From: Thermodesulfobacteriota bacterium
GTDB lineage: Bacteria; Desulfobacterota; Desulfarculia; JACQYL01
Assembly: GCA_963675595.2 (NCBI GenBank)
Contig: CAXXLZ010000002.1
Span: 3,936,001 to 4,000,000 of the forward strand
Length of the DNA: 64,000 nt
Direction of reading: 5' to 3'
Shown: piece after piece, positions 10,113 to 18,607 of the stretch
Layout of the letters: each line of letters begins with the position of its first letter
Position numbering within the stretch: position 1 is the stretch's first letter
Translations under genes and position numbers: made by a program
Notes under the pieces: model-generated
Told to the model about the DNA's origin: nothing
The model's input: the letters and a program-made list of their open reading frames with translations, nothing else
Databases searched by the model: none

Positions 10113-11642
10113 ATGAACGAACACATGAATAAAGGAAAAATCCGATCCGGCCCCAGCAGGGTGGTGCTGATTCACCCTCGTGGTTTCGGCTATGTCAAAG
10201 GTAAGCCGGACGTCACTCATTTGGCCAACCGCATGCCTCCTTTGGGCTTGCTGAGTATCGCCGCGTACCTGCGTGCCCAGGGCGTCGCCGTCTCTGTGGT
10301 GGATTTGTGTGCGCGGCCGGAGCCCATGGAGAGTCTCCTGCGAAGGCTGGAAACCATGCGTCCGGATTACGTGGGGTTCAGCTGCACCACGGCGAGTTTC
10401 CTGGATGGAACGGTTGTCGCCGAGGCCGTCAAAGACCGTTTGCCCGGCGTAGGGATTGTATTCGGCGGTGTCCATGTGTCGGCGCTAAGAGATGGAATAC
10501 TGGATTCTTTTCCCATTGTCGACTTCGTGGTCGCCGGTGAAGGGGAACAAACCATGCTCGAGCTGGTCCGTGGAGAGGACCCGCGGCATATTCGAGGTTT
10601 GACCCACCGCGACAAAGGGACGAACGGGGAATCGGAGGAAAAGCGGCGTCCTCTGGACCCGGATGCGCTGCCCTTTCCGGCATATGATCTTCTGGAAGGT
10701 TTCCCGAAAGACTACCTGCTTCCCATCTTCAACTATCCTCGCTTCCCCGGAGCCACCCTGGTGACGAGCCGGGGCTGCCCCTACCAGTGCACCTACTGCG
10801 ACAGGTCGGTTTACGGCAGGTCTTATCGGTACAACTCGCCTGCATACGTTTACGAACACATGCGCATGCTCCGCAGGCGGTTCGGGGTTCGGCACATCAA
10901 TATTTACGACGATCAATTCACCTTTCATCGCGGCAGAGTCGGAGAGTTTTGCGAGCAGATGGCCCGGCGTCCCTTAGGAGTGACGTTCAATTGCGCCGTT
11001 CACGCCGGTCATGTGGATCCGGAACTCCTGCGTCTTTTGAAAAAGGCCGGCTGCTGGATGGTCAGTCTGGGCATCGAGTCCGGGGATGCCGAGCTGGTGG
11101 CACGCCATAAGCGGAACACGGACCTATCCAAAATTTACCAAACCGTCGGAATGATCAAAAGTGCGGGCCTGCGGGTCAAGGGACTTTTCATGATGGGATT
11201 GCCGGGGGAGACCGAAGAAAGCATCCGGCGCACCATCCGTTTCATCCTCTCTCTCGACCTCGACGATATGAATATGTCCAAGTTCACACCTTTCCCCGGT
11301 GCTCCCATCTACCGAGATATCCGGGAATACGGGAGTTTCGAGGAGGACTGGAACCTGCTCAATTGCCTGAATTTTACGTTCGTGCCTAAGGGGATTCGGT
11401 CAAAAGAACGCCTGGATGAGCTCTATAGTCTGTTCCTCAAGAGTTGGTACCAGCGGCCCGCCGTTCGCAGCAAGTATGTGCGGATGTTTTGGCAGTCGCC
11501 CCATTCCTGGTGGGTTCTCCTGAGACATCTTCCCGCATTCCTACGTGCTCGAAACGACTGGAACGCCGGGTCCGGGGAGAGAATTCGCATCCGGCCGCCA
11601 CGATCTTCGACATTCCGTAAAGATATGGTAAATCCTTTGTGA
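10113..11642 (+). CDS. Cobalamin-binding radical SAM protein (class B methyltransferase-like)
   Basis: PPLGLLSIAA, FGGVHVS, GEGE, TSRGCPYQCTYC, YDDQF, GIESG, GLPGET, TPFPG. Confidence 0.9.
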   Translation: MNEHMNKGKIRSGPSRVVLIHPRGFGYVKGKPDVTHLANRMPPLGLLSIAAYLRAQGVAVSVVDLCARPEPMESLLRRLETMRPDYVGFSCTTASFLDGTVVAEAVKDRLPGVGIVFGGVHVSALRDGILDSFPIVDFVVAGEGEQTMLELVRGEDPRHIRGLTHRDKGTNGESEEKRRPLDPDALPFPAYDLLEGFPKDYLLPIFNYPRFPGATLVTSRGCPYQCTYCDRSVYGRSYRYNSPAYVYEHMRMLRRRFGVRHINIYDDQFTFHRGRVGEFCEQMARRPLGVTFNCAVHAGHVDPELLRLLKKAGCWMVSLGIESGDAELVARHKRNTDLSKIYQTVGMIKSAGLRVKGLFMMGLPGETEESIRRTIRFILSLDLDDMNMSKFTPFPGAPIYRDIREYGSFEEDWNLLNCLNFTFVPKGIRSKERLDELYSLFLKSWYQRPAVRSKYVRMFWQSPHSWWVLLRHLPAFLRARNDWNAGSGERIRIRPPRSSTFRKDMVNPL

Positions 11643-11669
11643 ACTCTTCTCGGTAAGCCCTCCGACCGT

Positions 11670-11699
11670 TTGGAATCTTTCGAACCGCTCTGTTAGAAT
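11670..11699 (+). promoter_or_regulatory. Candidate extended -10 sigma70 promoter for the radical SAM-ArsM fusion
   Basis: TTGGAA (11670-11675), 18-nt spacer, TG-t-TAGAAT (11691-11699). Confidence 0.4.
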
Positions 11700-11784
11700 C
11701 ACGAAGAACTCACCGGCGCCGCACGAATGCTCCAAAGTCCGTTCGACCCGAGAAACCTCTATCTCTTACCTCAAGGAAAATTTC

Positions 11785-14700
11785 ATGACGGACATCGCTC
11801 GTCCACAAACTCCCTATTATGACGCATCTACCCGCCATACAGTGCGGATTCTCTCGCCTGATTCCACCGAAAGCCGTGTGGAATTGGTGCGGATGGCCGG
11901 AGCTGCCGTGCCCGTTTATGTTCAGCCGGAAACGCCGCTTTGGTTCGTACCGAGCCCCTCTTTGGATCGGATGCTTCTGGACGGCTCGGACCGCCCGCCG
12001 CGGGGAGCGGAGACTCCGGACCGGGTTCTGGACCGATGGGACCTGGAGCGCATATTGACGTCCTGTCGTCGGGAACCCTACTCCGGACCTCGAGTGATGG
12101 AACTGAAGAAGCTGCGTGAGCTTTGGCTGCACGTGACCAATGCCTGCAACCTTCGTTGCGCGCATTGTCTTTTTTCCTGCGGCCCCGGTCCCGCCCCATC
12201 TCTTCCTCTCGCGCGCATGTCCTCCCTCGTTGAAGAAGCTTACGGGCTGGGTTGCAGGCTGGTGCTGTTTACCGGGGGAGAGCCCCTTTTGGTTGAAGGC
12301 CTGTCGGATTTGTTGGCAACGTCGCAGGCGCGTCCGGATCTCACCTTGGCGGTGCTCACCAACGGTCTTCTGATTCCCTCTTTGTTCCGGAAGATGCGAT
12401 TTCCGGATCCTGAACGGTTGCACTTCCAGGTGAGCCTGGATGGTTCTCGAGACTTTCATGAAGGTCTCAGGGGGAAAGGTTCCTATGATGGGGCGATTCG
12501 GGGCCTGAATCTGCTGATGGAACAGGGATTTCCCTGCAGTATCGCCATGACCGTGACATCGGACAACGTCGGTTCCATGGCTGAGGTGGTGCGCACGTCA
12601 CACGCAATCGGCGTTCGGGCGGTTCACTATCTGTGGTGTTTCCGTCGTGGCAAAGCGGAGGGCCTTGATTTTCCATCCATGGAGTCCTTGATTCGGAACT
12701 TGAGCTTGGCCGAGTCCGAAGCCCGGCGGCTCGGAGTGGTGATCGACAACATCGAGGCGATGCGCAGCCAGGTTTTCTCTCCGCCCGGCACCAGGTTCGA
12801 TTTGGGCAATGCCGGCTGGGAATCCCTTGCCGTCGGGCCGGACGGCTTTGTCTATCCCACCCCCGCCCTTGTGGGGAGAGAAGCCTTGCGAGCCGGATCG
12901 ATCGATGTCGGTCTCGAACGGATATGGAGACACAGCGAATTATTCGAACGAATCCGTCGCTTCTCTCTGTTCGATATTCCTGAAATGGCGGAGGACCCCT
13001 GGCGGTTGATCACCGGTGGAGGGGACTTGGACCACTGCCTTTCACTTGCCGCACAACCGGCCGGTTCCGAATTCAACCCGGGCCCCGATCCCTATGCCCC
13101 CCTGTATCGGGCCATGGCCCGGATGGTGATCGAAGAAGAAACGGCAGGTCTTCCCGCGCCCCCGTCGTCGGGATTGATACTTAAAATGGGCGATGTCATG
13201 CCGGAATGCCCGCCGGAGCGGGAATTGAATTTCACCCACTGCAACTGCCTGCTTTCCGTCGGAGGAAGCACCACTCACCTGGTTCGAGAATTCTATTCCG
13301 AACGCGCGGCAACCACGGACGCCTCCATCCGGAATCCGGTGCACTATTCCGATGAGGAGGCCGGATTTATTCCGGAAGAAGCTCGTTTGCGGGCCTACGG
13401 ATGCGGCAGCCCCGTGGGGGAGGCCGCCCTCGTGGAGGGCGAGACGGTGGTTGATTTGGGGTCCGGCGCAGGCGCCGAATGCTTTGTAGCCGCACGTGCC
13501 GTGGGACCCAGGGGAAGAGTGATCGGTGTGGACATGACAGCGGAGATGCTGGCCCTTGCGCGACAGACGTCGGTGAAGGTAGCCGAACGTCTGGGCTATT
13601 CGAACGTGGAATTCGTCGAGGGCTTCCTTGAGGATATTCCACTCGAATCGCGAAGTGCCGACGTGGTCGTCTCCAACTGCGTGGTCAACCTGAGCCGGAA
13701 CAAACGACGAGTGTTTCAAGAAATCTTTCGGATATTGAAGCCGGGGGGGAGAATCGTCATCTCCGATGTGGCCACCGAAACGGAGCCACCCTTGGAGGTC
13801 CGGTCGGATCACCGACTCATCGGTGAATGCATCGGCGGGGCTCAGGTTCAGGACTACCTGTTCGGCATGCTGCGGGATACGGGATTCCAAGGAGCAAGGG
13901 CGCTGAAGCGGTTCCCGTATCGTTCCGTGGGAGGCCACGATTTTCATTCTCTGACCTTTGCCGCGTCCAAACCGCCGGCGGCGTCTTCGGCGCCGATGGA
14001 CGTGGTTTACGCCGGTCCGTTTCGGGCCGTTGTCCTGGACGACGGCACCGTGCTGAACCGGGGAGTCCGCCGGACGCTGCGGGCGGCGTGGCAGGGTTCC
14101 CCGGAGGACGCGGCTCGGGCCGGGATATTCTTTCTTGATCAGGATACGGGAGCGATCACCAATGTGGACGCGGTGTGCGACTGCAACTGCGGTTTGCCTC
14201 CGGAACCGGCCGTGGAGGAGGAGACGTCGGACAGGCCCGCCACAGGCTGCCTCGAATGCGGCGCCCCGCTGGTCTATCAATCCGTGCCGGAAGATCGGGT
14301 ATGCATCCGTTGCGGCAGGGTCGCTCCCTCCGACGCGATCTGCGAGAACGGTCATTTCATCTGTGATTTCTGTCACGCCAAGGATCCCTCCGAAGTCATC
14401 GAGCGGGTGTGTCTGCTCAGCATGGAAACCGACATGCTCCGGCTGTTTGAAGAGGTCAGATCACATCGATGTTTTCCCATGCACGGACCGGAACACCATG
14501 GGCTTGTCCCGGGGGTGATTTTGTCGGCGTTTCGTAACTCGGGAGGCGATCTCACCCGGGAAGCGATCGTCGCGGGCATTCGACGCGGCGCCATGGTTCC
14601 GGGAGGCGCCTGCGCTTTCATGGGGACCTGCGGAGCCGCCACAGGTGTCGGGGTTGCGTTTTCCATGATTCTGGAGGCCACTCCCCTGACTCCGTCGAAG

Positions 14701-14976
14701 CGGCGGGATATCCAATCCCTGGTGGCGGACGTCATCAAAGCGATTGCCGAGCGCAAAGCGGCACGCTGCTGTCGGCGCGAAAGCTATATCGCCTTGAGGA
14801 TTGCGGCGGCTCGATCCAAGGAACTGCTGTCCGTCACACTCAAGGCGGAAGACGACTTCTCGTGTTCTCAGTACGCCGCCAACAGGGAATGTATCGGATC
14901 CGCCTGTCCGGTGTTTCCCAAAAGAGAAGATGTCTCGTTGAGTCCGATCAAAATCGTGAGGGCGGCGAAAGGCTGA
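11785..14976 (+). CDS. Multidomain protein: radical SAM + degenerate SPASM-like region + ArsM-type SAM methyltransferase + Zn-ribbon/DUF5714-like Cys-rich domain
   Basis: CNLRCAHC, FTGGEP, VSLDG; YGCGSP, VVDLGSGAG, SNCVVNLS, LKPGG, GECIGGA; CLEC, CIRC, CENGHFICDFCH, MHGPEHH, RCCRR, NRECIGSACP. Confidence 0.85.
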   Translation: MTDIARPQTPYYDASTRHTVRILSPDSTESRVELVRMAGAAVPVYVQPETPLWFVPSPSLDRMLLDGSDRPPRGAETPDRVLDRWDLERILTSCRREPYSGPRVMELKKLRELWLHVTNACNLRCAHCLFSCGPGPAPSLPLARMSSLVEEAYGLGCRLVLFTGGEPLLVEGLSDLLATSQARPDLTLAVLTNGLLIPSLFRKMRFPDPERLHFQVSLDGSRDFHEGLRGKGSYDGAIRGLNLLMEQGFPCSIAMTVTSDNVGSMAEVVRTSHAIGVRAVHYLWCFRRGKAEGLDFPSMESLIRNLSLAESEARRLGVVIDNIEAMRSQVFSPPGTRFDLGNAGWESLAVGPDGFVYPTPALVGREALRAGSIDVGLERIWRHSELFERIRRFSLFDIPEMAEDPWRLITGGGDLDHCLSLAAQPAGSEFNPGPDPYAPLYRAMARMVIEEETAGLPAPPSSGLILKMGDVMPECPPERELNFTHCNCLLSVGGSTTHLVREFYSERAATTDASIRNPVHYSDEEAGFIPEEARLRAYGCGSPVGEAALVEGETVVDLGSGAGAECFVAARAVGPRGRVIGVDMTAEMLALARQTSVKVAERLGYSNVEFVEGFLEDIPLESRSADVVVSNCVVNLSRNKRRVFQEIFRILKPGGRIVISDVATETEPPLEVRSDHRLIGECIGGAQVQDYLFGMLRDTGFQGARALKRFPYRSVGGHDFHSLTFAASKPPAASSAPMDVVYAGPFRAVVLDDGTVLNRGVRRTLRAAWQGSPEDAARAGIFFLDQDTGAITNVDAVCDCNCGLPPEPAVEEETSDRPATGCLECGAPLVYQSVPEDRVCIRCGRVAPSDAICENGHFICDFCHAKDPSEVIERVCLLSMETDMLRLFEEVRSHRCFPMHGPEHHGLVPGVILSAFRNSGGDLTREAIVAGIRRGAMVPGGACAFMGTCGAATGVGVAFSMILEATPLTPSKRRDIQSLVADVIKAIAERKAARCCRRESYIALRIAAARSKELLSVTLKAEDDFSCSQYAANRECIGSACPVFPKREDVSLSPIKIVRAAKG

Positions 14977-15190
14977 CGAATAACCGGCTCACGGCGTTCG
15001 GAACGATCCCGCCCACGGCACGGCGGCCAGCGGCTCGATGTTGGACGTCCGAGAAGACCGTATCACAAGGGGTGACCGTGCCTCTGCAAATCGGCGCCGG
15101 CGCATGAACGACTTTGTTCAAATAAGTCGGCTTCCATAAGCCGACCTATCCGACCTCCGACTGAACAAGGAAGGGGAGAAGGGGCGGGCC

Positions 15191-15225
15191 GACCTTGACA
15201 AGGTCCGGTTCGTGATTAGCGAACC
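15191..15225 (+). promoter_or_regulatory. Candidate mop promoter (-35 TTGACA) overlapped by two palindromes
   Basis: GACCTTG-A-CAAGGTC (15191-15205) contains TTGACA; GGTTCG-N7-CGAACC (15207-15225). The -10 box is weak. Confidence 0.45.
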
Positions 15226-15298
15226 TTAGAAGCATCAATAACAAAAGGTCTACAAGACCGTATCCTCAACTTTCGACCGCAGTTTCGGGAGGTGTGAA

Positions 15299-15508
15299 TT
15301 GAACCTGAGCGCCAGGAATGTATTCAAAGGAAAAGTCGTCGATGTAAAAGAAGGCACGATCATGGCGAAGGTGAAAGTGGACATCGGCAGCGGCAACATC
15401 ATCACTTCCCTCATCAGTTCGGAGGCTGTCAACCAACTCGGAGTCAAGGTGGGGGAAGAAGTTTCCGTGCTGGTCAAGGCCACAAGCGTCATGGTTGCAA
15501 AGGGCTAG
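15299..15508 (+). CDS. mop: Molybdate/tungstate-binding protein (molbindin, TOBE domain)
   Basis: LSARN..KGKV...G.IMAKV...IT(S)LIS...L...VG....L(V)KATSVM; 69 aa; GGAGG RBS and TTG start. Confidence 0.93.
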   Translation: MNLSARNVFKGKVVDVKEGTIMAKVKVDIGSGNIITSLISSEAVNQLGVKVGEEVSVLVKATSVMVAKG

Positions 15509-16125
15509 GTCGTCGCCTATCCGAGCCTGCGCCGGCAACGACCGACCGACGCGCATAATCGGTTTGTGCCGATGGGCGTTCATGAGCGCAGGCCTTTCAA
15601 ATCGAAATGAGGCAAGGATTGCCTCAGGCAATGAAAAGGCCGTATCCAAGTCGATCATTCTTCCGTAATGCCCCGGGCCCAATGTGCCGGAAGATCGTTG
15701 ATCTTTTCGGAAGGCATGTCGACTCGTTCATACGAACCTCCCGGGGAGACTCCCTCTTGCCGGTTATCCCAAACTTTCCGGTCTCCCAAACGCCTACCAC
15801 CTATCCTCCGGTCGATGCATGCCGGAGCCCATCGTTCCCTACCCGATTTTTGCTGAATGTCCTTGTCTGAAGACCTCCGGCTGTTTCGCGTGAGTGTCCG
15901 GATGTCGCTTGATTCAAGGATTGAAAGGCAGTAAGCGTATTCTTATTTCAAACACGACTCAGACCTGTCTTCGCGTTTCTCACGTCGATTCGGCATGCGG
16001 ATACGGCGTCTCGATCCGTCCCGATGCGATTGCGCTATGAATTGATCGACAACCCCCTCCGGGCCCCACGGCCGCCGTGTCCGGGAAGTCGTCTGAAACG
16101 CGGCGTCGGTTGGGAGGTTGTATCG

Positions 16126-16890
16126 ATGAGGTTAATCGAGAATCTTTATCGTCATTTTCATGAAAAGGCTCGGCATACCAGAGTATCACATGTTTCCGTA
16201 GGCCTAAGATATACGGCCGTATTGACCGACGACGGCGGTATGGGACTCGCCTATACCAATTTGAGCTCTTCCGGCTGCTGTGCGACCAAAGGAGCTTACC
16301 GAGACTACGAAGAACGGCCCGCCGTCGAGTTGTTGGAGCAAATCAAGGATTCCTCACCTTTGCATCGCAGTATGGGGCTGGCACTCGTCAATGCCATGAA
16401 CTACCGGCAGGCCTGTGAACTCCGGGAGGACTCGGGCGACGGCTATTGGATGGATGCGTTCGGTGTCGGGAAAGAAACGCGGGTTGCCATGGTGGGGTTT
16501 TTTCGTCCCCTCATGAAGTTGTTCAAGGAGCGCGGCGCTCTGGTGGAAGTATTGGACGATCAGCAGGGAGTCGGCGATCGGGTTTCCTTCTATGGGAAGC
16601 TGGACGGGTGGGCGGATGTGTTGTTGCTTACCTCGACTTCCATTTTGAACGCGAGCACCGAGGAAGTGCTCGGTCGTCTCGGTCCGGAGGTAAAGGTCGT
16701 CATGCTGGGGCCGAGCACTCCTTTGATCCCCGAAGCTTTCTCTCATCTTCCCGTTCACGTGCTGGCGGGAACCGTTCCCATCGACAAGAACGGCGTGTTG
16801 AAAGCAGTCCGGCATGGAGAAGGAACGCCCGTGATCCATCGATTCAGTCGGAAGGCTTATACCGTTTTGCCGGGGCGAGAGTTTCATTGA
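16126..16890 (+). CDS. DUF364-family Rossmann-like protein (putative heavy-metal chelation)
   Basis: VGLRYTAV, GLALVNA, VAMVGFF.P, LTSTSILN, MLGPSTP. ATG at 16126 after GGGAGG. Confidence 0.8.
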   Translation: MRLIENLYRHFHEKARHTRVSHVSVGLRYTAVLTDDGGMGLAYTNLSSSGCCATKGAYRDYEERPAVELLEQIKDSSPLHRSMGLALVNAMNYRQACELREDSGDGYWMDAFGVGKETRVAMVGFFRPLMKLFKERGALVEVLDDQQGVGDRVSFYGKLDGWADVLLLTSTSILNASTEEVLGRLGPEVKVVMLGPSTPLIPEAFSHLPVHVLAGTVPIDKNGVLKAVRHGEGTPVIHRFSRKAYTVLPGREFH

Positions 16891-17308
16891 GCCTTCGCCA
16901 AAGTGACCGGCCCACCGTCGATGGGAATAATTTCCTTTGGATGGTTATCGGTGCCGGCTTCCCGAAGGATTCTCCTTCAGGCTCCCGGGGCCTGAGAGCG
17001 GGCGGTACGGTACGGCCGGACGGCAGATCCGTGGGGAAGGCTGCGAGAACGAGGGATGCCGTGAGTTCTCGATGCCGGGGCGACTCGAGCGGATGGGCGT
17101 TGCAGGGCGTCCGAACGGCAGGTGGGTTTATGAAGCATTTAACGGAAATGCCGTGTTGTCGCCCTCTTGGGGCCTGATTTCATGGCACCGGGCTCGGGCT
17201 GTTCCGTCGGGGAGCGACCGGTTTTTTCGTTGCGTTCTCCCATGGTCTGCCTTATCATTTTTGTAGTGGTGTTGGTTTTTTCATCCGGACTCGAAAGGAA
17301 GCCCAGAT

Positions 17309-17917
17309 ATGTTTAGAAGAGTTTCGTTTCTCATTGTTCTTGTTGTTTTTGCCCTGTCGATGGGAGTGGTGTGGACGATGCCGGCGTATGCCGACGACAT
17401 CTCCGACGCCATTGAAGAAGGCTTGGCGCTCTACAAGAAGGGCGAGTTCTCCGAGGCGGTTCAGAATCTGGATTACGCGTCTCAGTTGATTCGCCAGAAG
17501 AAGAGCGACAAGTTAAAGACCTTGCTTCCCGAGGCCCCGGAAGGATGGACTGCGGAGGAGTCGTCGTCCGAAGCCATGACCGGCGCCATGTTTGGAGGAG
17601 CTGTCGCGGCCAGGCGGACCTACATCAAGGACTCGAGCCGGATGAATATCGAGATCATCACCGATTCTCCCATGTTACAGGGCATGATGATGATGTTTAA
17701 CAATCCTATGTTCGCGACGTCCGATGGGGGAAGACTCACCAAGATCGCGGGTCGGAAGGCCATTATGAAATACTCCGATTCCGGCCGCGAAGGGGATATC
17801 CGGATAGTGGTGGCGGACCGTTTCCTGGTCAATGTCTCGGGAACCGACGTGTCCAAGGAAGAACTCACGAATTTTGCGGAGAAGATCAACTACGAGGAAA
17901 TGGCCAAGCTGCCCTAA
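17309..17917 (+). CDS. Exported hypothetical protein with a Met-rich segment
   Basis: Signal peptide ending AYA-D; LLPEAPEGW; SPMLQGMMMMFNNPM; AAGGA RBS. Confidence 0.75.
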   Translation: MFRRVSFLIVLVVFALSMGVVWTMPAYADDISDAIEEGLALYKKGEFSEAVQNLDYASQLIRQKKSDKLKTLLPEAPEGWTAEESSSEAMTGAMFGGAVAARRTYIKDSSRMNIEIITDSPMLQGMMMMFNNPMFATSDGGRLTKIAGRKAIMKYSDSGREGDIRIVVADRFLVNVSGTDVSKEELTNFAEKINYEEMAKLP

Positions 17918-17962
17918 GGAGTTTGTCAGGGAAACCGGCATAGGATGGAAGAGGGCTGCGCC

Positions 17963-18271
17963 ATGGAAGAAGACAGGAACGACCGGAATTCGGAAGGCAA
18001 GAGGGTAAAAGTATACTGTGCCAATGCCCGATGTCTGACGGAAGAAGAGGTTCAGGCCCTGCCCGAGGACAAACGAAAGCAGATGGAGGAATCGGGCGGA
18101 AAAGGTCTCTGGATGGAATTCTTCTGTCCGGACGAAAGTTGTCTTAGGGAAGAAGAAAGAATCGATCTTCCCGTGAGAATGGTCGCGGATGAGAAGAAAA
18201 AGGGAATGTGGTTGAATTTGTTCTGCCCGGAAGACCGATGTGTCATCGATGACGAAACCGACCTTCCCTGA
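17963..18271 (+). CDS. Small acidic protein with three Cx4C...LP repeats
   Basis: GAGGG RBS 7 nt before ATG 17963 (alternative start 17945). The internal triplication supports real coding. Confidence 0.75.
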   Translation: MEEDRNDRNSEGKRVKVYCANARCLTEEEVQALPEDKRKQMEESGGKGLWMEFFCPDESCLREEERIDLPVRMVADEKKKGMWLNLFCPEDRCVIDDETDLP

Positions 18272-18607
18272 GGCGGAAGCGCCGTGAAGGGGCCCGGGGG
18301 AGCGTGGTTCTCCCGGCGACCCCATGATCAAATACCGAACATCGGCTCCCCTCAATCGGAGTGCCGCCTATTCTCCCGCACTGGCTGGGCGGCCCCGGTC
18401 GGCACAAGAACGACTATCGTGATAATTTGTGTAACCGTATGGTAATAGAACAGCTCATCTACTGAAGGCGTCAAAACGCAATGGGTTCGGCCCATTCGCC
18501 GTTAGGCCTCATCTCGTTGGGAAGGATTGGGCTCCCCTTTTGTCGGGGGGCGGGATCCGACCGGCGTTCGAAGGCTTCCCATCCCTATTATTGGAGACAA
18601 GGGGCTC

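Noticed and set aside
13042-14376. Long antisense or alternate-frame ORFs (e.g. 13042-14376, 56557-57642, 45967-46887, 7688-8530)
   Set aside because: Shadow ORFs of GC-rich genes that have clear family motifs on the other strand; they carry no motifs of their own.
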